A stretch of DNA of 64,000 nucleotides from Kondoa subrosea. Taxonomy: Eukaryota. Of this stretch, positions 1 to 12,900 are shown in pieces. The position numbers were made by a program, and so were the translations under genes. The notes beneath the pieces are model-generated. The model was not told the origin of the DNA, searched no databases, and was given only the letters and a program-made list of their open reading frames with translations. Location of the stretch: assembly GCA_039545335.1 (NCBI GenBank), contig BCIN01000004.1, positions 300,925-364,924 of the forward strand. Reading direction: 5' to 3'. Each line of letters opens with the position of its first letter. The first letter of the stretch is position 1.

Positions 1-735
1 TCTGTTAAAGCACAGTTAAGGCCTTGATCCGCGAATACTTAGAACCATATATACCCTTAAGCGATTCGAATATCCAGAAACCGATAGGGATTCTGGAGAC
101 AACATACCATCAGCCTTATCCCTTTTTGGCAGGAATTCATCTCACCTAACAGCGTTGATTTTCAATTCCTTGAGCTTTGCTGCATCGGCGGCTGTGAACC
201 AAGAAGCTCGATGCTACCAGAAATTTGATCAGTCACCTTCGACGGAACGCAGGTGGAAGAGCACACCTTCTTGAAGACTGCATCAGCCTTGGCTTGACCC
301 AGTTTTTGAGTCAATTTGTACTCGTCCATTGCGCAATCCGCGCAGTTGCCACACGTCTCGCCTCCCATCTGTAGAGATAACGATCTCAGCTCATGCTTTT
401 ATGATCTGCGCTTGCACTTACAGCTTTCCACTCCCTAACAAGCACCAAAAGTGTAAGTATGAGCGTAGAAGCACAGATTTGCCAGAAAAAACTCGCTTAG
501 GAAACATCCAAGCTATGGCAGTCAAGAAGATCAGACATGAGCGAAACCGGATAAACCACGACATACCTTCAGCTACGAATAAGGACCCTAGATTGACACC
601 ATAGGTTTTGCCTGGAGGCGGACCTAGAGCTGTAGTTGTCCGTTTGAAGACGGCATGTTTGATTTCGGAGAAGGTAGAGCCGTGGTCTGCGAGAGCGAAA
701 GGCAGAGAGAGAAGGAACACAATTGACGAGCGCAT
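1..735 (-). CDS. Secreted glycoside hydrolase family 5 (glucan 1,3-beta-glucosidase-like), 3' end runs off the window
   Basis: Signal peptide MRSSIVFLLSLPFALA. Spliced motifs GVNLGSLFVAE-WMFPKEW, GGETCGNCADCAMDEYKLTQKLG and HRASWFT...INAVR are typical of fungal GH5 exo-glucanases. Confidence 0.85.
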
Positions 736-1698
736 ATTGTACACACTGGGGGGTTTAAAGGAGTGTGAAAGTGAAGAGAGAGTGTGCTGAAGAGGAAGAA
801 AAAAAGCAATGAGGGAAGAGGGCCAGTCCACCAGCGTACATTTCGTGGGACAGCCATGGGTGGAAAGTGGTCAGGCTTCTACTGTATTCTGGTTCTGTTA
901 GAGTGGAAGCCTGACTATGGAATTCGGCCCATGGTTCACAGTGGCAAGGCTTCAGCTCCCTTACAGACATCAGAGGCAGTTTCAAGCACAAGAGTGTGAT
1001 GACCAGAAGGAGCCGGAGGCTGACTCCAGAGTATTCGAAAATCAACCGCAAAGACGCTTTGCTTGACACTGCCATGCGATTCTGGGGTGTTCAGTTGTCA
1101 CTGTCGATTCTGTGCAGCCTCGTTACGGCGCAATGCTCATTGCTTCTGCTGCAACCGCTGGTGGATCAGGTAGCAGGTTGAAAAAAGGACCTTGACCAGT
1201 GTCTGCTTGTTTTGTGCACATTACACTGCCATTGCTGGATCAGCGCGATTCAGCGGTCTTATGACATTTGGATGCTGCTGGTTCATCTTCCAATGAACTA
1301 TTCCCTCTGAAATTTCGAATTATCATGTTAGACATTTTTGACGCTTTGACTCTTGTGGGATTTCCTGCGGACCTTTGCAGGTTCTCCTGTGCTTTTAGCT
1401 CCTCTTCTCTCTCTTCTGTATTGCCTGGACTGTCGCTGATGTGCTCTGTGCGCGTCTGAACGAGATCACCGCACGAACCTTATAAGCCAGGCTCTCGCTT
1501 GGACTTCGCTCTCGACTTACTTCGCGGCGCTCCGAAAGGCGTTATCGAATTATGGCGATCTGTGTATAATTGCTGAATTAAGCGGACCCTCGCTCTGATC
1601 TATATAAATCGTGCAGGCTGTCCTCTCTCTTTCTTCCGTAATAAAACGCTCGCTTCCTGTCTTCACTTCTCTCTCTGTCTCAATAGCAATTCTTCGAC

Positions 1699-3636
1699 AT
1701 GTCAGACGAGATTGTTGCACTCGCTGCTGCACTCGATAAGCAGCTGCATCCCACACAGCCAGAGCATTTCAAGACTGAGCTCCATATCTTGGGCGCGGTC
1801 TTTATTCTTTCTACCATTCTATATCTTGCAACATTCATTCACGAAGTCTATACAAAATGGGGTAGACCTGGACAACTTTGGTTGTTCCGCATCTCATCAG
1901 GTAAAAACCATGGTGATAATGATAAATGTACGCTAAGCCCTACCACAGACTCAAGAAATCGCTACCTTGTTCCAAATGCTCTCTTAGCATGGTTGCCGCT
2001 AGCATCGCTCTTCTGCACTCTTTCAGCAGTCCAGATGCTTTGGCGGGTCGAGCACGACTTTTCAGCTACATCCGATCAGAAGGATCTTCTGTTGTGGACA
2101 CTTGTTCCTTCTGGTCAGTCTCCTTTGTCATTTATTTGGCAGTACTAGCTGATGACAGTCGCTTTAGTGTTTCTTGGATTAGCTGGGTAAGTCTAGCAGC
2201 TTTGGATCTTTAGTTTGCCCGTTGACGCGTTGCATGACAGCTGGTGGTCGTTCTGTAGCGTTTTGACCTCGTCACTCCAAATTATGGGAAGTCAGAAGAA
2301 CACAACAGGCTTGCAGATCAAAATGCCCAACGCATTTATCTATCGTGAGTGAATGGTGATCCTTATTATGGGCAAGGCTTGAGACAGTTGTTGTAGATGC
2401 GGGTATTTACCTGTTTCCTGCCGCTTTGTTTGGAACAAGTTTAGGTCTTTCCCTCTGGTGGTGAGCCCGTTTAGTGTAGATTGGTTTTGAGGCTAATTGA
2501 TCTATAACTTTCCAGCAACAGCGTCTACAACAAATGTATGCTGTATACTGACGGTCAGATGAACATAACTAATCCATCTGCCAGCTCTGGTACAGGCCCA
2601 AGGTCTTCTCACTGCTATCGTCACTGGTCAAATTGACCCAGTGACGTTCCCATTGGCCGTTGCCGACTGGAACGCTGGTATCAAAACGGTCACGCGCATC
2701 ATATATGCTTGCGTATACATGGCCACAGGTAAGATGCTGTATATGACCGTTTTTTGGCTCTTGACTAATTGATTGCCAATCGACTTACAGCTGAAGTCAG
2801 TGTCCGTACGTCTTTTGCTTCGACACATTGATTGCTCGATCATTTAGGTTTATCGCTCTGCAGAGGTTGTGCTGTTTGTTCCATCGAGCATCGTCATCTA
2901 TCTGTCTGTCCGCAAATCGCAGCTCCTCAGGACTCGATCGCACTCCGGTGGAAAGTCAGACAACCTCGCAGCGCTTCAGCGCCTTCTCATCTGGTTCATA
3001 ACCTATTCAACTACCTGGGTTTTGGTGATAGCATCCTATTACTATATGTTGGTAGCGGGAATCGCTCGGGGCAATATGGTTCCGAACTGTGAGTAAAGAG
3101 TTTAGATGTTATCACGACAGATTACTCACAATATTGCCTACTGCAGATCGTAGAGACTCCTTGGGCACCAATTAGTGCGCTTCATCATTCCCTTTCTTTT
3201 GCTTTTGCAGTGTTGACCTGTGTCTGCAGCATTCATGCTTTGTTTTGCTTGATCGCTGCCATTTTTCTTTTGGTCCGCAGTGTTGTTTCTAAAGACGATA
3301 TCAGTGAGGTTTCTAGTCTTTGGCTACAATCCCAATCACTGACGGTATCGTCAGACTACGATCCCAATGGCTCACGATCGGGTGCGGGCTCAAAATCAGG
3401 TCATCAGTCAAGCTTCGCAACTCGGTCCAAAACTACTCCTCTTCAACTCAAAGTCTTCACGCGGTTTGTTTTGTTCTCAGCTCTCTTTCCATTTCAAATC
3501 TGATCAATCCAACAGCACTGAAGTCGCAACTTCAGAACGCAACGAAGAGAAGTTGGACGATGAAAAGGAAGACCAAGGCTTGGATCTAGAGATTCAACAT
3601 GTGGTTGGCGAAAGGCCATTCCAGAACAAGTCGTAG
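1699..3636 (+). CDS. Multi-pass (about 7 TM) membrane protein of unknown function, many exons
   Basis: Successive hydrophobic exons (ILGAVFILSTILYLATF; LLAWLPLASLFCTL; LLIWFITYSTTWVLVIASYYYML; IHALFCLIAAIFLLV) joined by GT-AG introns, with a polar Ser-rich/acidic C-tail ending at 3636. Confidence 0.65.
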
Positions 3637-3835
3637 TAATACTTCGGTGCATCAAGGGTCGGTCTGAATTTTTTGGGTCTCAGGTTCTGGTCAAGTGTAC
3701 ATACGTATATGCTTTTCTTCGTCTTGCCGTTTGCCATTGCACAATCGTTTGATCGTTGCTCGCAAAAACGCCTTCGCTTCATAATGCATTGTGACAAATT
3801 ATATACATGTACATTTCGTTCATACTCGATACAGA

Positions 3836-5967
3836 CTACTTTCGGTAATGCCTGCAAATTAAATCAGCGCTGATGTAAGAGACAAGGAAGAGAGAAAGAC
3901 TCACAATCGCTTGAATGTGAAAGCAAGTTGCAAAACACCTCGATCGAACGAACTCCTGAAACCTCTCTTGTGCGAATATTCCCATTCTCGATTGACAATC
4001 TGGAAAGCGATGTCTTCGTATGGTGGGCCAGCCTTGAATTGCAAGATGCAAGTATCATCATTGCCTGGTTCTTTGATGATGTTGAAAGTAGGTGCTTTGC
4101 TCTTGTCAATCTAGAGACAGTGTCAGTGGCCCATAGCAAAAGAAGAAGATAGACATACCAAATCTGGATAGAAGAGAACCATACGGTAGCCAGTAACAAC
4201 CTTTGGTGGAGGGTTATCGGTGCTGAGACATAAATCAGCCTTGGCTCAACGCAAATCAAAAGCAAGACCTACTCATAATGCGTTTGGTTGTATTTGTTCC
4301 ACTCAAAGCCAGTCATCACCTTGTTGAAGTAGCGAGGTTTTCTAGGTCGATACTTGTCTTCCCACATATAACTTTGCTTGCTGAGTTCAGCTTCCATATT
4401 GAACAGTTCTTCATCTTCATCCATACCGCGATCAACTTCAGCTTGATAAAGTGCTTCAGCCATTGCATCTTTAGTTCTTCCTTCATTCTCTTTGCCTTTG
4501 ATCTGCTTGCGATGTTTCCTTGAGACGAAGCGAGTTGCATGAATTTGTTTCCTGGCAACCACCAAGCTGATCCGATCCAAATCAGGCTCAAGCAGTTCCA
4601 GTTCTTTATCATCATTAGTCAAAGATTTCATGAGAGCAGGTTCCATATCCGGAGTCCACAATTCAGGTTCTTCTTCTTCCTCCTCTTCTGCTTCAACAAT
4701 TTCTTTACTGAGGTCATCTTCAACTTCAGGTAAAGTGTTTGCCAATTCTTCTTGCATAGCAACAGCTTCATCTCTCTGTTTTCTTCTCAGTTGTTCCAAT
4801 CGATTCTGTAAGACTACTTCATGCATATCCTTGAGTTTCGATTTCGCTCTCCAAACAATCAATTCCTTGAGCAAGTTTTCCCAATACTCTACATCGATCG
4901 GTTCATTGGAAGCTAGTTTCTTTTGAACTTGTCCTTGCAAAGCAGTCAATTGATCTTGTGTTTTTCCATGAAGCATTCGAGCGAATTCAGATTTGATAGC
5001 TTCGTTTTGTTTCATTTGATCAGCGTATTGAGTAGAACCTAGTCTTCTTTGAGCTCGACGAGATTCTAAAGCGGAAGCGGAAACGAGTAACATGGATCGC
5101 CAGAATTCTAGATTGGATTGGTCTTTTTCCAGCGAGAGATACATTCTGATGTCTTGTTCGAGTTCTTCAGTCTCTTCGAGAGAGATGTTCTGTATTCGTA
5201 ATGAGCAAATTGCAAACATATTGGAAGGATGAGCATACCTCAAAGATAGCGTAAGGCTCTTCCAAATCTACATCAAGCCCTTCACCCTCATCATCACCTT
5301 CGTTATCCCAAACAGAAGTAGAAGTTCTTTGACCATTAGGAACAGACCATTTCAAATTGAGAGCAAGGAAATCAATAGGTTTCGCTCTCTGCTCCTTGAC
5401 ACGAATCTCTGCTCTCTTCTTAGCTTGCTCGAGATAGAAATCATCTTCCCTTGCGATCCATTCCCTCATTTGTTCAGATTCGTTCATCATAGCCAATCTA
5501 GCATCTTCAATCTCTCTTTCTTCCCTTTCCTTCTCCCTGAGCTCTCGCTTCCGATTCAACTTATCCAGTTCCTCCCTAGCTTCCACTCGTCGAGCAAAAT
5601 CTTTCCTAGCAGCTTCTTCAGCCGACAAACCAGCTTTCTTATCCTTCTCCTGTTTCTTGTTCCAAACGAATTGGGATCCCAAGTCTACATCGTTGAAAGG
5701 GTTGTTATCGGTAGAAGCATAAGCAGACATAGTATTAGCTAAATCAGCAGACATGGCAGCTTCTTTGTTTGCTTTCTTTAAAGCTTTCCTATGTCTACGT
5801 TCAGTTGAGGTCTCCCTCTTCTTAGATGAGGAAGATTTGGAATCATTTCGTCGAGGTGAACGTGAACGAGCTCGTTTGCTTGAAGATTCTCGTTGATACT
5901 CATCATCTCGATGGGACCGACGTCGACTTGATGAAGACTCGGGCGAGCGAGAACGATGGCGTCCCAT
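3836..5967 (-). CDS. Cactin (spliceosome-associated factor, Cay1 homolog)
   Basis: RS-rich N-terminus, NNPFNDVDLGSQFVW, REDDFYLEQAKKRAEIRVKEQRAKPIDFL, and a C-terminal cactin domain YRPRKPRYFNKVMTGFEWNKYNQTHYD...FKAGPPYEDIAF...HYRK*. Confidence 0.95.
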
Positions 5968-6242
5968 TTGCTTGCCCTAAAGAAGGAAGTGACGGTCCTG
6001 GAATGAGATTCGGAATATTAAATGGGGTTGTAGATACACCGTCAAGTGGCTTATAAGAGGAGCGCACAACTCTGAGCAATTAGCCTGTGCCTCTGTGTCA
6101 ACAAGAACAAAGCTTTCAGCGACTTCTGCGGTCAAGCAGTCCGCTATTATACGAGTTCCATCTCAAGCAAGAAATCTGCCTCTAGCAGCCTGTAAACCAT
6201 TCTTTCCACCTCATCTGCACTAGCATTTGTAATATAGCAACC

Positions 6243-6946
6243 ATGAAGCTCCAACGATTATCACCTCTATCCATTTTCAAACAAAGTCGCACTTTCAGCA
6301 CTTCTCGCTCAATACTAGCAGAAGCTCCTGAAACTCGAAGCAAAACAGCAACAGAACAACTTTTAGAAATCACTGAAAGTTTATCTACACCAAGTGAAAC
6401 TATGTCTGCTCAAGAATCAAGATTTGGTCAATCCCTTCGATCAGCTGAAAGTTCTTCCTCCTCTTCTTCTTCGGCGGATCAAACACCAGTGAGAAAGTTC
6501 CGTGTTGGTCAAGTATGTTTGTCTCTGCTTCACTTCTTCTATGTTTTCATATGGGTTGGAATAGTTTGTTCCACCTCATGCACTTTCACCTTCTTCGATG
6601 GCAGCATACGCAGCACATCGTCGTCCTAGAGCACCTCTCTTAGGTCCAAACAAATCAGAAACATTCTATACGGATCCATTTAAAAGATTAAACTTGAATC
6701 CATTAGATGAAACTCTGAATCCTGGTTTACTTAGTCAATTTTTGACTGAAATGGGAAAAGTTAGAGGAAGGAATAGGACTGGGTTGAGTTGGGGTAATCA
6801 GAGACGAATGGGTAAAGCGGTTAGAAGAGCTAGAGCTATGGGGTGAGTCACTCAATCCAAGTTCGATATTATGCAGCAAGTAAAGCTGATCATTTCGATT
6901 CGATAGATTACTGCCGTACTTCAGAGGAAGAGGAGTGACGCTCTGA
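6243..6946 (+). CDS. RSM18: Mitochondrial ribosomal protein bS18m
   Basis: Mitochondrial-like presequence, then the S18 motif LNPGLLSQFLTEMGKVRGRNRTGLSWGNQRRMGKAVRRARAMGLLPY. Two introns. Confidence 0.9.
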
Positions 6947-7179
6947 GGCTGTTGAGCTAGGACATAGGCAAGAGCGAATTACCACAGAAAAAGGGGTCGT
7001 ATGCGCGGCGATTCGTGAGGCAAAGCTCTGATGACTTGATTGGCACATGGGTACTTGGTCGTAGACAATGCTGCTCATCTGAGTATGCGCTCAAATGTAA
7101 TGCAAGGTATTATGATTAAATATAATGCTGTTAAACATGTACAAGTGCATCCACAAATCCCCCAACATGTCTACTTTCG

Positions 7180-9029
7180 TTAAGCCGAATCTCTGAGTTC
7201 CGCCAAGGAAGTCAATAAAGTACCAAAAGCATCTTCTTCCATCGTCGTACTCTGCTGGCCTAATTCAGGTAAAGCATATTGTAAACGAGGAGCAATTCGA
7301 GCCAATCCTTCTTGTCTTCTTTGAATATCCGAAGCAGGAATAGCTTCCAATCGTTTTAGTATTGCAGACGGTATCGAAGTAGCAAAAGCGTCTTTTTCAG
7401 TAATCACATAGGCGAATTCTTCGATGTTGATTGGAGGAGAACCAAAGGGATGATAAATATCAGTTTCGAAGATTACTGGAATACAGCCGAGAAGGATAGA
7501 ATCGAAGAAACCTCTTCGAGTAGCTGAATCCCCGGGAGCTGTGCAACAGATGGTCAGCTATTGACCTATCGAACAGCAACTAGGCAGCATACGTTGTAAA
7601 CAAAAGATGGATTCCGACATCGCTGTGTAAGCTTCCTCGGGATTGTAGTGAAAGGAGAAATATAGATCTTTTCGTTTGAGATCGACCAACTGCGCTGCGA
7701 TGGCTTTCCGTATCGCGCTAGAGGCGACATTCATCACATCAAGACCTGCAGAGTCATTAACAATCGATTTCACTATATTACGGCACACATACGACCTAAG
7801 CTGACTGCGAGCCTGCAAGAGGTTTGTCAGCTTTGAATACTGCTGAAGTGGACGAAGAACATACAGATTCGTTCTTCCCTGATTCATAATCCACTGTCTG
7901 ATCCTCTCCTCTCCACCTTCTTCACCAACTTTCAAATGAAACATAGTAGGATAAGGAATCTGCCAACGTTTTCCTCTTCCATGCATAGTTTTCTCCAATT
8001 CGATATTCATCATCACACCATCTTGTTCGAATCCTTTCCTAGCAAATTCACTCATCAATCCACTTGAATAAGCATGCCAAATCCTAGGCAAGACCAAAAG
8101 TAAACTAGGGTATTTCCTCCTTCTTTTCAATTTGTCTGTTTGTGCTACAATCCAAGATTGGAGTTCGTATCGTACTTCAGGCCGAGGTTCATGTATGGCT
8201 GCAGAACATTTATCGCATGCTCGTAAAGCTTCACCATCGAGACTGAAATAGACGAAATCGGCTTTCGATAACGAGGTACGGGTTGAAGAAGGTAAGAGGG
8301 AGAGTCGGACGTCAAAGATTCTTTTGAGAGAGAATTGTGTAGTGTTTCGGAGAGTGTAAGGAAAGTCCTGCGTGACATTTTGAGCATCAATTTCAGTGGC
8401 GAAAAAAAAGACGACGAACTCCTTTAATAGGAAAAGATATAGGACCACCATAAGCTCTTTCCAAAGCTTTGCTACTCGATTGTCTTTCTTCCAAATCAAG
8501 CAGATCCCTCTTGGTGTTGACTCGTCTACATCGAGCTGCACATTCGGCTATGGATTGTCGTATGCTTCTGGGCGCTTGTAGGATGTGGAAGGTGGGGAGC
8601 CGAGCTTGTTTGACATGCGATAGTGAATGCTCCTCTTCCTCTTCTTGAATAGCTGGTGAAGATACGGATGTTTCTGTTTCTTCTTCGATGATTATATCAG
8701 AGCTATCTGAGCTCGATACGTAATCGTCTAGATTGGATTCCACTTCTGATGTAGGCTCAGGTATATGGACAGGTCTAGGTCTGAATTGTATCCCAAGCGT
8801 TTCGCCCAATTCTTCATATTCTACTGGAACTTCATTTTCCTGCTGTTGTAATCTTGTTTCCCAAAGTCCAGCTGCGGAACTGTGCAATCGACTAATGAGC
8901 CTCCTTCAATGCTGAACTAAGCTGTATTATGTAAACGCACTAGTATGCATTGTTGGTATAGAAATGAGAGAGATAGAATAGAATGACAGAAACGGTTGCC
9001 AAAGTCAAGGCATATCGTCTTGCGCTCAT
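7180..9029 (-). CDS. Exostosin-family glycosyltransferase (GT47), MUR3/KATAMARI1-like type II membrane protein
   Basis: N-terminal signal anchor MSARRYALTLATVSVILFYL and an acidic stem. Catalytic-region motifs [62 protein letters not shown], EDAF. Confidence 0.88.
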
Positions 9030-10361
9030 AGCAGCATGTCCCAAGCAGGTTTATCAAGTGGATTCGAAATTACAGTAAGGAAAGAGCACAGGTCGCGTTC
9101 TTTAGGATATCAACGCGATGCCAGACTACTGAGCAAAGGGTATAAAGAGCGTGGGCACACGACGAGAGCGAGTTACAGAGTGTTATTGTTGCTGGACAAG
9201 GAGGTCACATAAAAATCTCTACATTGACCAAATACAGCCAAGTGTCCATCAAACGCGTGCCAGACGCTGTTAAGAGAGGCTTGGAACAGATCAGGATGGG
9301 TCCCCGGCCCTCTTTGGTGCTGCCTTACATATTCTGGATTTTGAGCGCGAGCCATCATTGCGTTTTTTTAAGGTGCTACAGCGACTGCTGTCTGCATTCG
9401 GCATTCCTGTCCCAACATGCTCTCACTTGTCCACTCTGCTGTCACGAAGCTTAGTCGGTACAGTTCTGTTCTGCCTCTGCTCGGTGCAGCTGGAGCATGT
9501 CGCCCGATCCCATCTTCTATTGTGCTTGAGGGACTGGCTAGCGGCATACTGCTTCCTCTAATGCTTGGCAGAGTCGACTTCCTTCATGTTCTACGAATTT
9601 GAGCTCTTCCTCGGATTTTGAGCGAGTATCAATACTTGTCAATACCATTCTGTCTCGTGCGCTTTTATCGTCTGCTTCCTTCACTCCTGTTTCTTTCTAC
9701 ATGCTGGTTATACTTCCTGCCGTTGGACCGTATATGCCAGGTCTAGCTTGGATCCGTTTTACTCATATTCATCTCCTCTTCCTGCTTACTCTGATCTCTT
9801 ACACGTCAAAGATATACGGACTCGAAATCTAAAGCGATTCAGCAATACAAGAAATTTAAGCTCAAATTCCCTTTCTCTTTCTAGCTGACGCTTTGCGTAC
9901 TGCCCGCAATGAGTGTCAGCTTCTTTGACTGTGACCCAGTGTTTCTTCCTATCACTGCATTGATGCTCACACGTGTTCTCAGAATGGCAATTCTCAGAAG
10001 ACAAGACCAGAAGGGACATGAAATTTACACCTACAATGTCTACAAGCGCTTCGCTAAGCTCTTGAATGTAAGTTGAACTACCTCAAGAGGTAATTCTGGA
10101 GTGACGTGGATACACTGCCTTCGAGACATATCTCGGTCTCGGCCGCGGCGATTTTCGAAGTGGCTGAGAGAAATCACGTTGTTGTTTTTCATTTCGCATA
10201 GATAAGCGTAGCTATAGCCCAAGCGACAGTCTGCAACTTCACTGAGAACAAGCCGAACTCAAATACGGACTCAGCTTAAAGATAAATCCGTTCGAAGGAC
10301 TCTTGCTTCCAGACCATCAAACACCTATATACCCCCCTTTTCGTTATCGCGCTTCTTGGCT

Positions 10362-12239
10362 ATGGTCTCGCTCAAGAAGTTCATTACGATATGCCTTAGT
10401 TTGGCAGCTGTCGTGCTCTTGGGCGTGGTCGCCTTCCTCGCGACTGTCCAAGCGTATTTTGGAATTGATGGAAGGGACATGATCACGACTGAGGAGGTCG
10501 CTTACTGGGCTTCTATGCCTTCTCTACCTTATGGCAACAACTTGACCACCTCGCCAAAGGGAGAAGATTGGTCTAATCTGCCAATGGAGAAAATTCCAAG
10601 AATCTTGCACCAGACTTGGAAGGACGAAACTTTGCCTGAACGTTGGTTGAGCGTCAGAGAGCAATGTCTAGAGATGCATTCAGACTAGTCAGTCAACGCG
10701 CTCCTTGATTTTCGATATGGAGTTTATTTTGAATCCGGGGGCACTACAGTCAATATATGTTATGGACCGATGCTTCTTCGCGCAGCTTCATTGCTGAATA
10801 TTATCCTTGGTTCTTACCTGTTTTTGATGGCTATCCATACAACATTCAAAGAGCAGATGTGATTGTTAGTCCTTTCATCCATGAAATTCCTTTCATTGAC
10901 TAATCAGCACTGCCCCCCTTCTTTCTTCTTAGCGTTATTTCGTTCTACATCACTATGGAGGAATCTACTTAGACTTAGATGTGGGCTGCAAAAGGCGTAT
11001 CGATCCGCTACTTCACTTTGATGTGATTTTACCTGAAACCATTCCAATTGGTATTTCAAACGATCTCATCTTCTCATCACCACGGCATCCTTTCATGGAA
11101 CTGGTCATACACAATTTGGTCACCTTTGATCATCAATATGGCACAAATTATCCTACTGTCATGTTTTCGACCGGTCCAATGTTCTTATCGGCTCAGTATA
11201 ATCTATGGCCTTCGCTGGATGGTGATCATGGAGGCGTTCGAGTACTTCCAAGGCATTTGTATGGCAAGCATGCGAAGCCAGAACAAGCGGAACATGCCTT
11301 CTTCTCGCATTATTACGGAAGCAGTTGGCATTCAGAAGACGCTGGTGTCATTCTCGTTATCGTGCGTTACTACCTTCATGTTTTTGAGACAGAGGCTCAT
11401 CACAATAACAGGTCCACAAAGCTGGCTTGATCCTTGGCTATACTGCACTCATCGCAGCACTGTTTGGTCTTTTGCGTTATTTCTGGCTCAAAATGGTTTC
11501 ATCCAAGCAAGCAATCTCACTACCTCAATACATGCCATCACCAGATAGTCAAATCACCCCTCTCCCTTCTTCCTCTCGACCAAATTCTCCAGCTCCTTAT
11601 CTTCGTAGAACACCTTCAGGTAGTCAACTCAATCCACCAAACAAACAAAATGGATCGCTCTACTGGGTACCGATGTGGTATCCCAACTCTGAGCGACCTC
11701 CGTCTCCTTCAGCTCAACCATCAACATGGTCTTCTTACCTTCCTTCCTTAGTTTACGATTCAGAAGCGAATCGGTATAGACCAGTAGCACCTTACTCTTC
11801 AGCAGCATCGGAAGACGATTCAGATGCTCATTCTATTCATTCTATGCATACTATACGACAAAAGAAGCGACGGTCTAAGCAAACTGGACCAGCTTACCCA
11901 TCAAGTGGGGAAGAAGATGATTTGGAATCGAATCCTACTTCTTCTTCTTCTAGGAGGCGAAGAAGAGATCATCAGCAAATACCTACTTATCCTTCCCAGT
12001 CGCAACCTTCTTTCAAACAATACCTTTTAGCTCTGTTCACCAAAAGAGAAGAATGGATCCCAATTCCTCCTCCGTCACCTCAACAAGCCTCTTCTTCACT
12101 CCCTCCACCTCCAACACCGAGTAGGAGTACAACACCTGTTCCACCACCACCTTGTTATGATGTGGAAGATCAAGTGGATCGGTTATTGGAAGAAATGAGT
12201 CCCGAAACGACAGAATCGACTAAGATGAACAAGCAATAA
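10362..12239 (+). CDS. GT32 mannosylinositol phosphorylceramide (MIPC) synthase, SUR1/CSH1-like
   Basis: KIPRILHQTWK, YMLWTD, IQRADVIRYFVLHHYGGIYLDLD (DXD), GISNDLIF, TVMFSTGPMFLS, HYYGSSWH, then a TM segment and a low-complexity tail. Confidence 0.92.
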
Positions 12240-12600
12240 GAAACAAGAGGGCTATATCGAAGGGGTTGGTTGTATGAGTGTGTGTGTGTTTTTTCTAGTA
12301 GGGACTCAAAAAGAATGAGAAGAACATTATTTATTTACTTAATCATAGTTTTTCACTTACATTCGTTTTCCTCATAGACCATCAGTAGTAGGGATATACA
12401 TATAGGTGTTGTAGAATAAAAAATATACATGAGCTGAGCTCCTCTTTTTCCCCGATTCTTATGTGTTTATCCTTGCATCGGTTTTTTCACTAACACTCAT
12501 ACTTAGCGTTCGTGAGATTGAGCAATCACTTGAAAGTGATCGGATCGAAAGACCTTCGAGTAGCAGACATGCAATGCAAAGGCAAGATCACACAGAAGCG

Positions 12601-12673
12601 AGAGAAGGAGGAGAAGAAGAAGAAGAAGAAGAAGGAGAAGAAAAGAAGAGCAGGCCTAGGAAGAAGAAGAACT
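12601..12673 (+). repeat. Purine-rich imperfect (GAA/GGA)n microsatellite between convergent genes
   Basis: agagaaggaggagaagaagaagaagaagaagaaggagaagaaaagaagag read directly. Confidence 0.7.
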
Positions 12674-12900
12674 GAAGTATAAGGGAAGGTGCCAACTTAT
12701 TCACCAGCAAGAAAACGACATTCGCGCAAATAACAACTTGTACGTATACACACTTACTAGATACTCTTTTTTACAATACTATAGACAAACAATTGTCCGT
12801 TGCAATACTCTCTTCGGATCTTTTGGGAATTCTTTTTTGCTAGCGAATTGCTGTTTTGACGAGAGGGAAGGGTGAACGACCAAAGAACGACGGCGAACGA

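Noticed and set aside
9224..9832. Chain of short hydrophobic + strand ORFs between GT47 and MIPC synthase, with a TATA-like element near 9141
   Set aside because: I could not build a consistent spliced frame or recognise a family. It may be a small gene or a decayed one, but it is unsupported.
10680..10690. Apparent premature stops at ORF ends (for example MHSD* in MIPC synthase) suggesting recoding or pseudogenes
   Set aside because: Each case I checked is explained by an ordinary intron starting at or just before the stop. There is no evidence for an alternative genetic code.
12463..12675. 70-aa ORF with a poly-Glu tract
   Set aside because: It is the translation of the GAA microsatellite in the 3' region between convergent genes.
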